DNA from: Sphaerodactylus townsendi
Taxonomy: Eukaryota
Reading direction: 5' to 3'
DNA: 64,000 bases
Assembly: GCF_021028975.2 (NCBI RefSeq)
Contig: NC_059430.1
Location: forward strand, 42,656,001-42,720,000
Shown: in pieces, positions 25,617 to 37,229 of the stretch
Numbering within the stretch: the first letter of the stretch is position 1
Layout of the letters: each line of letters begins with the position of its first letter
Translations under genes and position numbers: made by a program
The notes under the pieces: generated by a model
Told to the model about the DNA's origin: nothing
Databases searched by the model: none
What the model saw: only the letters and a program-made list of their open reading frames with translations

Positions 25617-25900
25617 CAGCAGTGGCATAGTGGTTAAGAACAGGTGTACTCTAATCTGGAGAACTGGGTTTGATTCCCTGATCTGCCACTTGAGTTGTGG
25701 AGGCTTATCTGGGAAACTAGATTAGCCTGTGCACTCCAACACACGCCAGCTGGGTGACCTTGGGCTAATCACAGCTCTTCGGAGCTTTCTCAGTCCCACC
25801 CACCTTGTTGGGGGGGGGGGGAGAGAAAGGCGATTGTAAGCCCCTTTGAGTCTCCTTACAGGAGAGAAAGGGAGTTATAAATCCAAACTCCTCCTCTTCT
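25617..25900 (+). mobile_element. tRNA-derived squamate SINE
   Basis: A box GTGGCATAGTGG, B box GGTTTGATTCC, GCTGGGTGACCTTGGGC core, (CT)-rich tail. Confidence 0.8.
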
Positions 25901-26547
25901 TATCCGCTTGACATTTGCTGCGGCTTCACACTTGACAGGTGGACTTCTGTTCTAAAGCCTTAGTTGCTGCAAACCTGTTCCAAGGTGACAAGTTGTTTAG
26001 AGAGGCACTGAAAATCATGGTCAAAACCAAAGACACAATCAAAGCGAAGACTAGGGCATTTTGAGAGGAGGTCAGTGACCAACTATTCCTTTTGTTTGCA
26101 GCATACGCTTCCATGATTTTGCCAAGATTCCAGAAGGTCCTCTTGGAATCAATTCCGCCACCAATCACACAAGGGATTCTTCAATTGCAAATTCCAGTCC
26201 AAAGGGGCACAACAGGACTCAAGGTCCTCCAAGGCATGATGTGAGAAGTCCACCGGTGAGGGGAAGACTGTTGCTCTTTTGGGAGGCCTGGTTGCAATCC
26301 AGTGCAGACAGTTAGACCCGAGAGATTGTTTCCCCCCAGCTATGTCATTGAGTTCCTGCCCACCCACCCCAACCTCCATCCAACAACCCACAAAAGTGGA
26401 CAGCCATGTTCAAGGCCACTGAGCACGTCCTAGACATAGCAGCTATAGAACTGGTTCCAACATTGGAACAGGGCTAAGGGGTCTACTCCATTCTGTTAAT
26501 CAAACCTGAGAAAAATGGGCAGAGAAGGGCAATTCTCAATTTAAAAA

Positions 26548-27500
26548 TTAGGTGATAATTTGATAAATTAGGTGAGTGGGCTAAGAAATGGCAAATGCAG
26601 TTCAATGTAGCAAAATGCAAAGTGATGCACATAGGGGCAAAAAAATCCAAACTTCACATACAAGCTACAAGGGTCAGTGCTATCAGTCACAGACCAGGAA
26701 AGGGATTTGGGCGTCTTAGTTGATAGTTCCATGGGAATGTCAACTCAATGCATGGCAGTTGGTAAAAAGGCAAACTCTATGCTGGGGATAATTAGGAAAG
26801 GAATTGAGAATAAAACTGCAAAGATTGTCATGCCCTTATACAAAGCAGTGGTGCGACCACACTTGGAGTACTGTGTCCAGTTCTGGTCGCCGCATCTCAA
26901 AAAGGATATTGAGGAGATAGAAAAAGTGCAGAGAAGGGCAACAAGGATGATTGAGGGACTGGAGCACCTTCCCTATGAGGAGAGGCTGCAGCATTTGGGA
27001 CTCTTTAGTTTGGAGAGGAGACAGCTAAGGGGGGGATATGATTGAAGTTTATAAAATTATGCATGGGGTAGAAAATGTTGACAGAGAGAAATTGTTCTCT
27101 CTTTCTCACAATACTAGAACCAGGGGGCATTCATTGAAAATGCTGGGGGGAAGAATTAGGACTAATAAAAGGAAACACTTCTTCACGCAACGTGTGGTTG
27201 GTGTTTGGAATATGCTTGCCACAGGAGGTGGTGATGGCCACTAACCTGGATAGCTTTAAAAGGGGCTTGGACAGATTTATGGAGGAGAAGTCGATTTATG
27301 GCTACCAATCTTGATCCTCTTTGATCTGAGATTGCAAATGCCTTAACAGACCAGGTGATCGGGAGCAACAGCCGCAGAAGGCCATTGCTTTCACATCCTG
27401 CATGTGAGCTCCCAAAGGCACCTGGTGGGCCACTGCGAGTAGCAGAGAGCTGGACAAGATGGACTCTGGTCTGATCCAGCTGGCTTGTTCTTATGTTCTT
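26548..27500 (+). mobile_element. CR1 LINE, 5'-truncated (RT C-terminus plus 3'UTR)
   Basis: WQMQFNVAKCKVMH, ERDLGVLVD, RPHLEYCVQFWSPHLKKDI, TRGHSLK motifs; TTCTTATGTTCTTA tail. Confidence 0.93.
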
Positions 27501-29109
27501 AAAATTTGTGAATCAATTCATCAGGCTTCAGATGGAGACCCTGAGGTTGACTGCAAAGGGGATTTTCTTACATCAGCCAATCTCATGGACATCTCTCTTA
27601 ATGTGCCCATCTTTCTCCGCAATGTCATTTCCTCTGATTAAGCATAGGAGAACATTTTCAGCTCTGGGCCCTCCTGTTCGGTCTCTGCATGCCCCCCAAG
27701 GTCTTTTCCAAGGTTATCATAAATTTGGTTGTTTGACTCAGAGAGGAGGGGGTGAGCCTGCATTCCCACCTAGATGATATTCTAATCCAGTCCAGATCTT
27801 TCTACCAGTCCACTCTAGATACTCAGTGAAGAGTTCAGTTCCTGAAGAGTCAAGGCTTCATGATAACCACTCCAAGAGCTCCTTGATCTCCAGCCAGCAG
27901 CTGGAGCACCTGGGGTACTGAAAGATACAGTGGTCTGCAAATTCTTCATTCCTTGTCCCAAGACTCTGAGAATACAGAAAAGATGTCCCTGGCCTCTCAT
28001 GTCCCTGGCCAGCTGATAGGCCTCCTTATTCAAGGGAGTTCCAGCAACTGGCTATTTCGCTCCTATCAGCTTCATATCACCCTTAAGAGTGCCATCTCAG
28101 TGACTGTTCCCAGACAAGTGAGGACCAATCTTTTGCAGTGGACCAGGCAGCTTCAACTGGATTAAGGGAAAACCTTCTGGATTTTGTCTACCAAGCGATT
28201 GTTCACAGATGCTCTCAGAGTGGGGAGCTAACCTAGAGGAGGTACCCATTCAAGGCACTTGGTCTACAATGGAATCTCAATTCTCCATCAACGTTCTAGA
28301 GTTACAAGTGATCCATCTTGCTCTCCTTCACTTCGAGCAGCGCCAGATTATTGTCACATTCTGATCAGAACCGACAACGTAGCATGAAAAGTTAACCTGA
28401 ACAAACAGGGTGGATCAAGATCCTCAGCCCTCCACAGAAAAGCAAACAAGGAGTTGGTCTCCCTGAGAGTTGAGAATATTGGGGGCACCGCCAACCTCCA
28501 GGATGACTGGCTGAGTTGACAGCACCTAGACTGGGGCGAGTGGAGCCTCAATGGGGTGGTGTATCGTAGGACAGCGAATCAACTGGGAAGTCCAATTCTG
28601 GACTTGTTTGCATCCCATCTGAATCACCAAACTCCCAGGTTCTTCTCCTGTTTTTACCACCAGACAGCAGAGGCAATGGATGCCCTATCCAACAAGTGGC
28701 CTGTTGGGCTTCTCTGAGCCTTTCCTCAATTTCCTGTTCTACCCAGACATCTATGGAAGTTCAGGGGAGAGAAGGCAGGTAGCTCCACGGTGGTCTCATT
28801 GTTCTTGATTCTCCACCTTGTGACAGATGTCAGTCCAGGAACCCCTTCTCCTTCCACACTGAAAGGATTTGCTTCTTTAGGGTCCCATTCTCTATCTGGA
28901 GACTGGCTACCTGGTGATTGAGTGGAAGAGCATGAGAGTGTGTGGGTATAGCAAGGAAGTGACAAACACCATACGATTCTTGGAGGGATTCCACAAAGAT
29001 TTATAATATCATAGGGAAAGCTTTGTTTGGTGGTATCGCCTCTTTGTCAGGGGTGAAAAGTGTCCTTGTCTTCACTCTGCCATGCCATCAACTCCAAGGC
29101 ATTGTCCAT

Positions 29110-30556
29110 CAACTCCAAGGTCCAGTTATTATATCTTAGTTGTTATCAATTTTCAATCCTAAAGTTACGGTATCTTGTTTTTACATGATTGATTCATATT
29201 CAAATAAAAAGTAAAGACCCCATTTCTCATTGAATTCATGTTTTGAACGTCCATTTACAAGATTGGTTAATTTGGCCACAAGAGCATATTCTCTAATTTA
29301 TTCTTCTCAGCATTTAGCTGTAAGACCTTTATCAGATTTCCAACTAGTTGCAATTGTTGCTCTTGCATCAGTTAGTAGGTAACAACACAGTTCATTCAGT
29401 TTCTTTTCTGGAAGTATGTCAGCCATTGAATTTTTCTTCCCTCTGCCATTATTACTTGCCATTATTTAATTTCCCCTTACTAATTAATAATTTCTTTATA
29501 TGTTATATTGTCATTCTTCTTCAGAGATTCAGTGTTGTAGTGTGCTTCTATTGGAGATTTAAAGAGTGAAGTCACGGGCTAAGTTGCAAACATGATTTTT
29601 TTCCACATTTCAAATAGTCTTTTTCTCATTACATGAGAGTATTTTTTTATCAGCTCTATCTTTAGGTCTGTTTTTTCTTGCCATAAATAACTATGTATGC
29701 CTGATGTGAGGCCTACAGTTTCTAATTTTACAAGACTATGAACTGATTTTAATATCCAATCAGCAATCCGCGTAGGTCCCACTGCATAGTAATATAATTT
29801 AATATTTGGTATCTCTAGACATCTTCTTCCTTTTGTCTTGTAAAACTTTGAATCTTATTCTTGTTCTTTTATAGGCCCAGATAAATTTGTTAATGTGTGC
29901 TTGCGATATATTGAGAATCGTTTCATTAATATATATAAGGCAGCATTTGAAATAAAAAAATCCTCTTAGGAAAAATGTTCATATTAATATTTGTTATTTT
30001 TCCTAGCCAGGATAGTTTGAGTATACCATCTTTGTAGGTTTTCTTGAATCTTCTTCCAAGTCGCCCCGTAGATATCTCGAAATAAGTTATTAATTTGACC
30101 GTTTATATTGATCCTCAGATACTTGATTTTGTTAGTAGAAACATCATAGCCAGTTATCTCTTCAATATCTTTTATTTCTTGTTTGGTTAAAAATCTTGTA
30201 ACAATTTTTCTTTTTATAGGATTTATTTTGAATCCAGCAAATTGTTCATATTGTTCTTTTTGCTCCATCAAATGTTTTATTGAGAAGTTAGGACTAGATA
30301 TTGTCAGTACTACATCATCTGCATAGCTTTTCATCTTACATTCTTTTCCATCTACTTTCAGACCTGTAATTTTTTGAATCTTGTCTGATCTTTATTGCCA
30401 GGAATTCTAGGGCTAGTATGAATAGTAATGGTGACAATGGACATCCTTGCCTTATTCCTTTTTCAATTTGGATCTTTTCTGTCAAGGTGCCACTGATTAA
30501 AATTCTTGCTTTTTGTCTAGAATATATTCTTGTAATCCATTCTAAAAATCTGGGCA
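29110..30556 (-). mobile_element. L1 LINE ORF2 fragment
   Basis: ORFs 30336-30557 (GIRQGCPLSPLLFILALE) and 29984-30334 (YADDVV, GFKIN); A-rich on - strand. Confidence 0.85.
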
Positions 30557-31932
30557 CGCAGGTGTCTCAAAGCCTTCCTCATCAGAATTTGCGATTTTTG
30601 GAGATTGGACTCGATGTTTATAGCAGTCTCCAACCCAAATAAAGGTTCCAAGATATCAAAAGCAACAATTAGCAGATGCCTCAGGAGCTGCATAGCTGAA
30701 CCATACAAGGTTCAGAGTTTACTTGTTCCCACAGTATTCTCCACCCATTTGGTATACTCAGATTAAACCAATGAAGCGTTTGCAAAGAATGCGTCAGTGG
30801 CAGAAATTTGAAAGGCTGAAATGTGGTCCTCCATTTCAATTTATGTCAGGCATTACAAGCTAAACCGTGCCTCGGATGCAGCCTTTGGCTGACAGATGTT
30901 GCAACACATCAAGGAACCAGAGAGCGATTCCCCACCCAAAATTAAGAGACACTGCTACAGGAGATCCCCAGATATCCTTGAGCTCAATGAGAGAAGGATC
31001 ACTGGTACTTACCATGAAGGATCCTTTCTTCTTTGAGCAGAAGAGGACATCTGCCCTCCTGAGTCATTATACTCTCTCAGTTTTGCCAGGCAACTGTACT
31101 GTTGCACATGTGTAAGCATGTTGATCTTGCTTCCTGTTCTATATATTACTTGGTTGCTAACCTTTCCTCCCTGGTGTTTGATATACCTGCTGTCAGTTAA
31201 GATTTGTTTTCAACTGCTATTTGGAGTCTCCAGAACTGGAAAAGAAGGGGCATGTCCCAGTGACATAAGGGAAGCAAGAATTTGATGTTCCTCCCTGATT
31301 GGTCAGTGGGAAATACCCCAGATGTTATCTTCCACTCAAAGGAGAAGGACCCTTCATGGGTAAATACCAATGGTCATTTAATGATATGCCAAGGTTTCAT
31401 TATATTTTCTGGTTTTGTTGTCTATTTGAGATTGTGAAGAGAGGTCATAATTAACTACATGTAACCTGGAATACACATTAGACAGAATTTGTCTGTGCAG
31501 AGTTTAAAGTTAAAGTATTAAAACTTGAGCATTTTTATACATCATCACTGGATATAGTATAAATTTATCTTACATAACATCCTTTTACTGTTAAAAATAA
31601 TAATGTACAGGATCAAAAATGCCCAGAAGAGAGGAGCCATGTTTTCCAGTTCATTTCCATCCAAAGAGTATTATCTATTGTGGGGAAAGTGGGAAGACTG
31701 GATGAATACCTAGACAATCATTTGAATATCAACAGTTAGAGGTAAGCTGTTTTTATTTTACTACGATCTCTGGGCATTACACAAATTATACTAGCTACCT
31801 GATCTACCTGCAAAGAGATACAAAAATTTTAAAGATTCCAAAGAATTTAGGACAGCTCAGATTAAGGCTTTGCAGAGCTTAGAAAGAAGAATCCATCTGC
31901 TGAAGGCCAAATATGTAAACAACAACAACTCT

Positions 31933-32200
31933 GGAGTGCTGTGTGGTTTCTGGGCTGTATGGCCGTGTTCTAGCAGCATTCTCTCCTGACGTTTCGCCTG
32001 CATCTGTGGCTGGCATCTTCAGAGGATCTGATAGTAGGAATGGAAAGCAAGTGGAGTATATATACTGTGAGGTCAAAAGGTGAGGCCATCTGAATAGAGT
32101 AGCCTGGCATGTGAGTCACAAAGAAGTCTGTAGCATGTGAGTAACAATGAAGATGGCAAGGTCAATAGGTGAATGCATCTGAATCCTGGTCTTTGTTCCC
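31933..32200 (-). mobile_element. Penelope-like element pLTR fragment
   Basis: Same GTGCTGTGTGGTTTC(C/T)GGGCTGTATGGCCGTGTTCTAGCAGC terminus as the other copies; contains the hammerhead motif. Confidence 0.78.
31984..32026 (-). ncRNA. Minimal type I hammerhead ribozyme motif (Penelope-associated)
   Basis: - strand: TCCT-CTGAAGA-TGCC...GGC-GAAA-CG-TC-AGGA; stem I TCCT/AGGA, stem II GCC/GGC, intact core, GUC cleavage triplet, vestigial palindromic stem III. Confidence 0.72.
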
Positions 32201-32861
32201 TTTGATTGCTATTGTCTATAGTTGTCCTGTGTTTGTGTGGAGCTGATTACTCTGGTTGAGCTGTTACTGGTACTGCCTTATTCAGCTCACAGAGATCCAG
32301 TGACTAAAGCTCTGTGAGAACACACACTGTCCCTTCTTATGGTTTGAAAAGCATAAAAACAAGCCTATATATTATGGGATGAATCCTGCTGATGTAAGAA
32401 GGAAAGGGCCCTCCTCTCATCCATGGAGTATAAAGTCCACTCTAGTTGCAAGAAAAAACTTATAAAGGATTTTGCTTCCGGCAACTTAACTTTGTTAGTA
32501 GGTATTTCTTTCCTCAATATCTCTAGAAGCTTATCTCAAAGCAGAAATCTTTCCCGTTTATACAGAACTACAGAAATATAGCTTTCATGTACTGAATATT
32601 TCTTCTGTATTTCTAGACAACATTGAATACTTTAATTGAGATGTCATGATCTTGTTCAAACAGTTGACAGCAAATGTAAATTTTTCACAAATTTACAAAA
32701 TAGTCTGCAATTTACCACACTATTTTGCAGGGGGACATCAGCTTGGCTCCTTCAGGGAAGTGGGGTGATAGAATTATGCTGGTTATTTCAGTATTCTCTA
32801 TATCTAGATAGCATTTAACTAACAGACACATTCGCAAGTATTTAACAATGTTATATGATTA

Positions 32862-32950
32862 GCAGTGCAATCCTAAGCGAAGTTACTTCAGTCTACACCC
32901 ATTAATTTCAATTGACTTAGACTGGAGTAACTATTTATAGAATTATACTA
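32862..32950. repeat. Short palindromic MITE
   Basis: AGTGCAATCCTAAG..AGTTACTTCAGTCTA.CCCATT / AATTGACTTAGACTGGAGTAACT self-complementary. Confidence 0.6.
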
Positions 32951-32954
32951 TTAA

Positions 32955-33366
32955 CAGCCCCATCTAATGGGCCAGGAGCCCATCCTGTCATTTCCAAAGA
33001 GGCTTCCCAATGGCGAGGGAACACTATAAACAGGAAAAAGCCAATTGGGCTTAATGGACTTGTGCCACAAAAAGGTGGCCTAAGTCTAATGCTCCAGCCA
33101 CCAGTGCAAAAGGGTTGATGGCAAAGTGGGAGTCAACTAATGCTGGCTCCTTCCCCAGCCACGCCCCAGTTATTCCAGGGGTGCACAGGGCTGCTGACGT
33201 GGCATCCAGTGCAGCATCCCACCACCAGGGAAGGATGTGGTTGCCTTGCACAGGAAGATTCACCCCTCCGCCAGGGCAACTGCCTTGGGGAGGGCAGATT
33301 TGCTGGTGGGGTCCCACTGCGCTCCCAACAGTGGATTTCCCCCCACCCCACATTTGGATGGGGCCG
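32955..33366. mobile_element. Harbinger-type MITE
   Basis: TIR CAGCCCCATC(T/C)AA / TTGGATGGGGCCG; TAA TSD on both sides. Confidence 0.72.
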
Positions 33367-34234
33367 TAACCCTTTCATTATTGTACATATATCCTTGCAT
33401 TTTTTTAACATTTGCAGCACTAGCTGTGACAAAGCTAAGTATGTCAGGAAACTGTTAGACATAAGAGGTGAATGAGATGGATCAGTGGATGATGCCTGGG
33501 GTTCCTTAATTTTTCTTTACAAAGAAAAGGAGCCTTTCAAAAGTTCACGAAAGGGTACTGTGGATCACAAAAGGATCATAAATTAAGTTTTAAGACATGT
33601 TTTTGCATTAAGTCCAGATCTCATTTTGAATTAGATTTTAAAAACAGTCAATTGTATCTCAAACTTTAAAATAAACTTTAAAACACAATTTAAATATTAT
33701 AAAACTCATTTTACCAATTTTGTCCAGATTTTAGGTTTGACTAGGAACAATATTATTACATAAAGCCTCCCCCACCCCCCCACCCCTCAAGGAATACTCT
33801 CATACTTCTCAATATAACTATAGCATATCTGAATTTTACATCTCATTAAGAACTGGAGGCCATTTTGAGCCAAGAAGTGAGGCATGGGATACGTATTTGA
33901 ATTAATAAATGAAAGGACTAGAAAACTGTTAGAAAAATGACGTGGTATTCTAATTTCTGCAGGGTTACTTGCAAGGTTCTTTTATCACAACATTTTAATT
34001 CTTCCAATAGTCACTAAATTCTGTTTGCTAGCAAACAGTAACCTTAAGCACAAACATAAAAACTTATGCTCATTTTGCAAGCAGAGCAAGTTTACTTAGC
34101 TGTACTGACAATTTAAAAGAAATGAATGAGTTTGATAATTATGTGTGGGGAAAAACATTTCAGTATGAAACATCCAGTTTCCCTACTTGTACACTGGTTT
34201 TCTATCATACACACTATGAGCATACATAACTTAC

Positions 34235-34891
34235 CGACTCTAGGTGCGCCTGAGGTGCTTATTTCAGAAGGCGCAGTACTGCTCAGGGCCGTCAGAGGGA
34301 TCTTCATTTGTATGGAACTCCTATTGCTGGTAGGGGGAGTATATATCCCTGTTGTAGTCACAGTAGCCAAAGTGGTCCTTGAGGCTTGTGCAACAGGATG
34401 TGCTGCTGAGACAGCCTGTACTGCCAGAGTTGTCCCTATAGAGCAACCAGCACTGGCCGGAGAGTTTCTCTGAATGCTAGAGTTGGGTACCGAAGGGCTG
34501 TTGTTTGGTTTTGCTGAATTAGCAGATGACAGTGATAACGGAGTCTTGCTTAGGTTGCCAACATTAGATTGACTTTGCACAGGTATAAATTCAACACTTC
34601 CAGACTGCTGGTTAGTAACCAAGGTACCAGTATGGCCTTGCAGGAGTTGAGTCTGAGAGGACATTGCGACAGGTACATGCAGTATTACTGGCAAGGACTG
34701 CAGTGAAACAGATACAGGCTGTGTGTTGCTGCTGGCTACTTGGTTAGTGCCAACCACTGTCGCTGTATTCGCTGCAGGAAGAACGGAGGTTGTCAAAGAG
34801 CCAGAAGTCAAAGGCGCAGAAGTGACTGGAGTCTGTGGTTTGGGATGTCCACTGACTGCTGTCTGAGGAGCTGTGAGATTAGTAGCAGACA
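34235..34891 (-). CDS. ATF7IP: ATF7IP large Ser/Thr/Pro-rich exon (657 nt)
   Basis: ctgtag|TG...GTCG|gtaagt; VSATNLTAPQ...LQSLPVILHVPVAMSSQ...GTLVTNQ.SGSVEFI...GTTLAVQAV...IQMKIP...PRV. Confidence 0.96.
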
Positions 34892-35014
34892 CTACAGAAA
34901 AGGTCAAAAGATAAATAACTGTCAACATTCTGTGGCAAGTGAGCTATTTTATTCAATACAGTTGAATGAAAATAAAACCAGCAGTATTAGTTCATCCTGG
35001 TAACCAGCACTTTT

Positions 35015-35240
35015 GAGTATTATTTTATTTATTTTTACCCTACCTTCTCCCCAAAGAGGACCCAGAAGGGCTTGCATCATTCTCCTCTTCTCCATTTTAT
35101 CCTCACAACCACCCTGTAAGGTAGGTTAGGCTGAGTGTGTGTGACTGGTCCAAGATCACCCAGTGAGCTTCCATGGCAAAAATGGGGATTTGAACTTGGG
35201 CCTTTCAGATACTAGTCCAACACTCTTTACTACACCATAA
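35015..35240 (-). mobile_element. Squamate SINE (reverse orientation)
   Basis: Reverse complement of the SINE core (CAAGATCACCCAG, GGGATTTGAAC B box, CATTTTATCCTCACAAC). Confidence 0.65.
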
Positions 35241-36296
35241 AATATATGCTACAACACTGAATTATCGTTTTAAGAAAGCGAAGTAAAATTCCAGTTGAAA
35301 TGAAGAGACAGTAGCTTGCTTTCTGATAGTGGGAGTGATTTTTATTGATTCTTCCCTTTCACTGCAAATCTTCATTGTGCAACCATGCTGTTCCTAGGGG
35401 TCCAACACCACCTGTGGCCATCATTTGGGGATGCACAAAATCAGAATGGTAACTTCCACAAATGCTATTCTACTCTCACAGAATCTGATCCAAGCCAGTA
35501 ATCTGAAATTCTCATGGCAACAATTATCTGTGCTTGTTAACACATTCCTGTGAACAACAAACATACAACATAAAGGCTACTTTAGTGTTTGGCATTTACA
35601 TTAACAATCCATAAATAAAAATTTACAGATATGCCAGGTTTTCTTTACTGTGGATCCTTACTGAATCCTGGGGCAAAATGACCACTAAGAGTAAAATGGT
35701 ATTGTATTTTTGGAGGGTTATGATGTATCTTCACTTCTATCTGTACTTAAGAAGTATACAAGACTAACAGCAGGTTACCCTTGCATTTAAGGTACTGTTG
35801 TTAGAGTTTTTAATAAGTAGAAAGATCTGTGTCCTATAAGAGTCTATACTAAAGTTAGTGCTACTACATTTTATTACCTATTACTACATATAAATGTGAA
35901 GTTGGCACAAGTCGATCTTGGACTGATGCTCTCTAAATTGGTTGCCCAATCTATCAGGGTTGAAAATCACTATTGATTCTTTTGATATAAGAAGTAATAA
36001 TAGAGGTTGTAGTATGTTGTTATGTGCAGTGTGCCCCAGCTGTAATATCCATATGTTCCTCTATGTGCATAAATCCTCATTTGGGAGGACAACTTCCTAG
36101 AGAAAATCACTGTTTGTGTTGAAATCTTTACCTCTCTGTTCTGAGATTTATGTGTGTCAAGATCCTCCACCTAGTTATTCTGGATATTCAAAGTACTCTC
36201 CCTTTATAAGTAACTTGTTGAGTTTTGAAAGGGGGGAGTAGTGAGAGAGCATTTAAGAAATAAATGCTATTATTCTCTTAAAGACTATATTCTGAT

Positions 36297-37210
36297 GTTG
36301 TACTAACTATATTAGATTAATGCACTTTATATTAATCGTGCCTTAGATGACTTGTGCCTTAAAATATAGCCTCTTAAGATATATAAATAAAGGTCAACAG
36401 GGTATTGCTGGAATTTTCTACTTGCTTAAATGTATGCTGAAATGCTTACTTGTAGAAGCAGCCAATCAAACTGCAATAACCTATGGTATTATCTCAAATG
36501 CGTGGGATCCCTTCTCCCATTTTTAAGATACCTGGCCAGGAAGAAAGATGCCATCATTGCCTGTCAATGGGGAGGTCTGATGAGCGAATTACATCCTCCA
36601 AATGTTGAAGTGCAGGTCATAGATTTTGCAGGGATTCAAAGTGTTCTGGAACTTCAAGAATGCTATAGAAAGCACTAAGTCTCTTCTCTGCATTCTGATA
36701 AGTAATAAGCTAGGCGCTTCCCCCTCTCCTTAAGATAAGGGTGTTATGCTGTGGTTAGTTTATTGTTTTATGGTGTTCAAAGTGGCCTTTGTAAAAAGAG
36801 TGTTATTTTTTAGTTGCTTATTACCATATTTTGTTCTCGTTTTAGTTGCTTATTACCATATTACGTTACATTTTAGTTGCTTATTACCATATTACATTCT
36901 CCTCCTACTAGACCTAAGTGCCAGCCTCTTTTAGATCATGAGACCTGTGTAGTGGTGAATGGAGGGCTTAACCTGTATTGACATGTAAGAGGTTGGACTG
37001 AAGTGATGTAATATATGAAGTACCAATGATGGATGGATGTACTCTTATAAAATGCTCACCCTGAAATGTAATCGTTGCTTCTGCCTTGGAGTCAGAATGC
37101 CTATAGTTTTCTGCTGCAGCTTAAATAAATATACATACCTCTTACTCCCTGGTGTCCATGATTGCATTTTTGGTGCTTAAGGGTCTCTAGTTTAGACTTT
37201 AGTCTAAACT
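36297..37210 (+). mobile_element. LTR-like element with three tandem TTTAGTTGCTTATTACCATATT repeats
   Basis: TATAAAA at ~37045, AATAAA at ~37124, tandem enhancer-like repeats 36808-36892; ends not resolved. Confidence 0.45.
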
Positions 37211-37229
37211 TCTAGGAGAGTCACTTAAT

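Larger units (their letters stand above)
24114..31378 (+). mobile_element. Decayed DIRS1-type tyrosine-recombinase retrotransposon (copy 1), interrupted by a SINE, CR1 and L1
   Basis: Inverted terminal repeats ~24135-24227 / ~31233-31325; internal complementary region 30966-31053 matching both termini; RT remnants (GVYSIL, RAILNLK, QMETLR) and DLFAS methyltransferase-like motif at ~28600. Confidence 0.82.

Noticed and set aside
34113-34928. 271-aa ORF as a standalone gene
   Set aside because: It is the 657-nt ATF7IP exon plus intronic read-through on both sides
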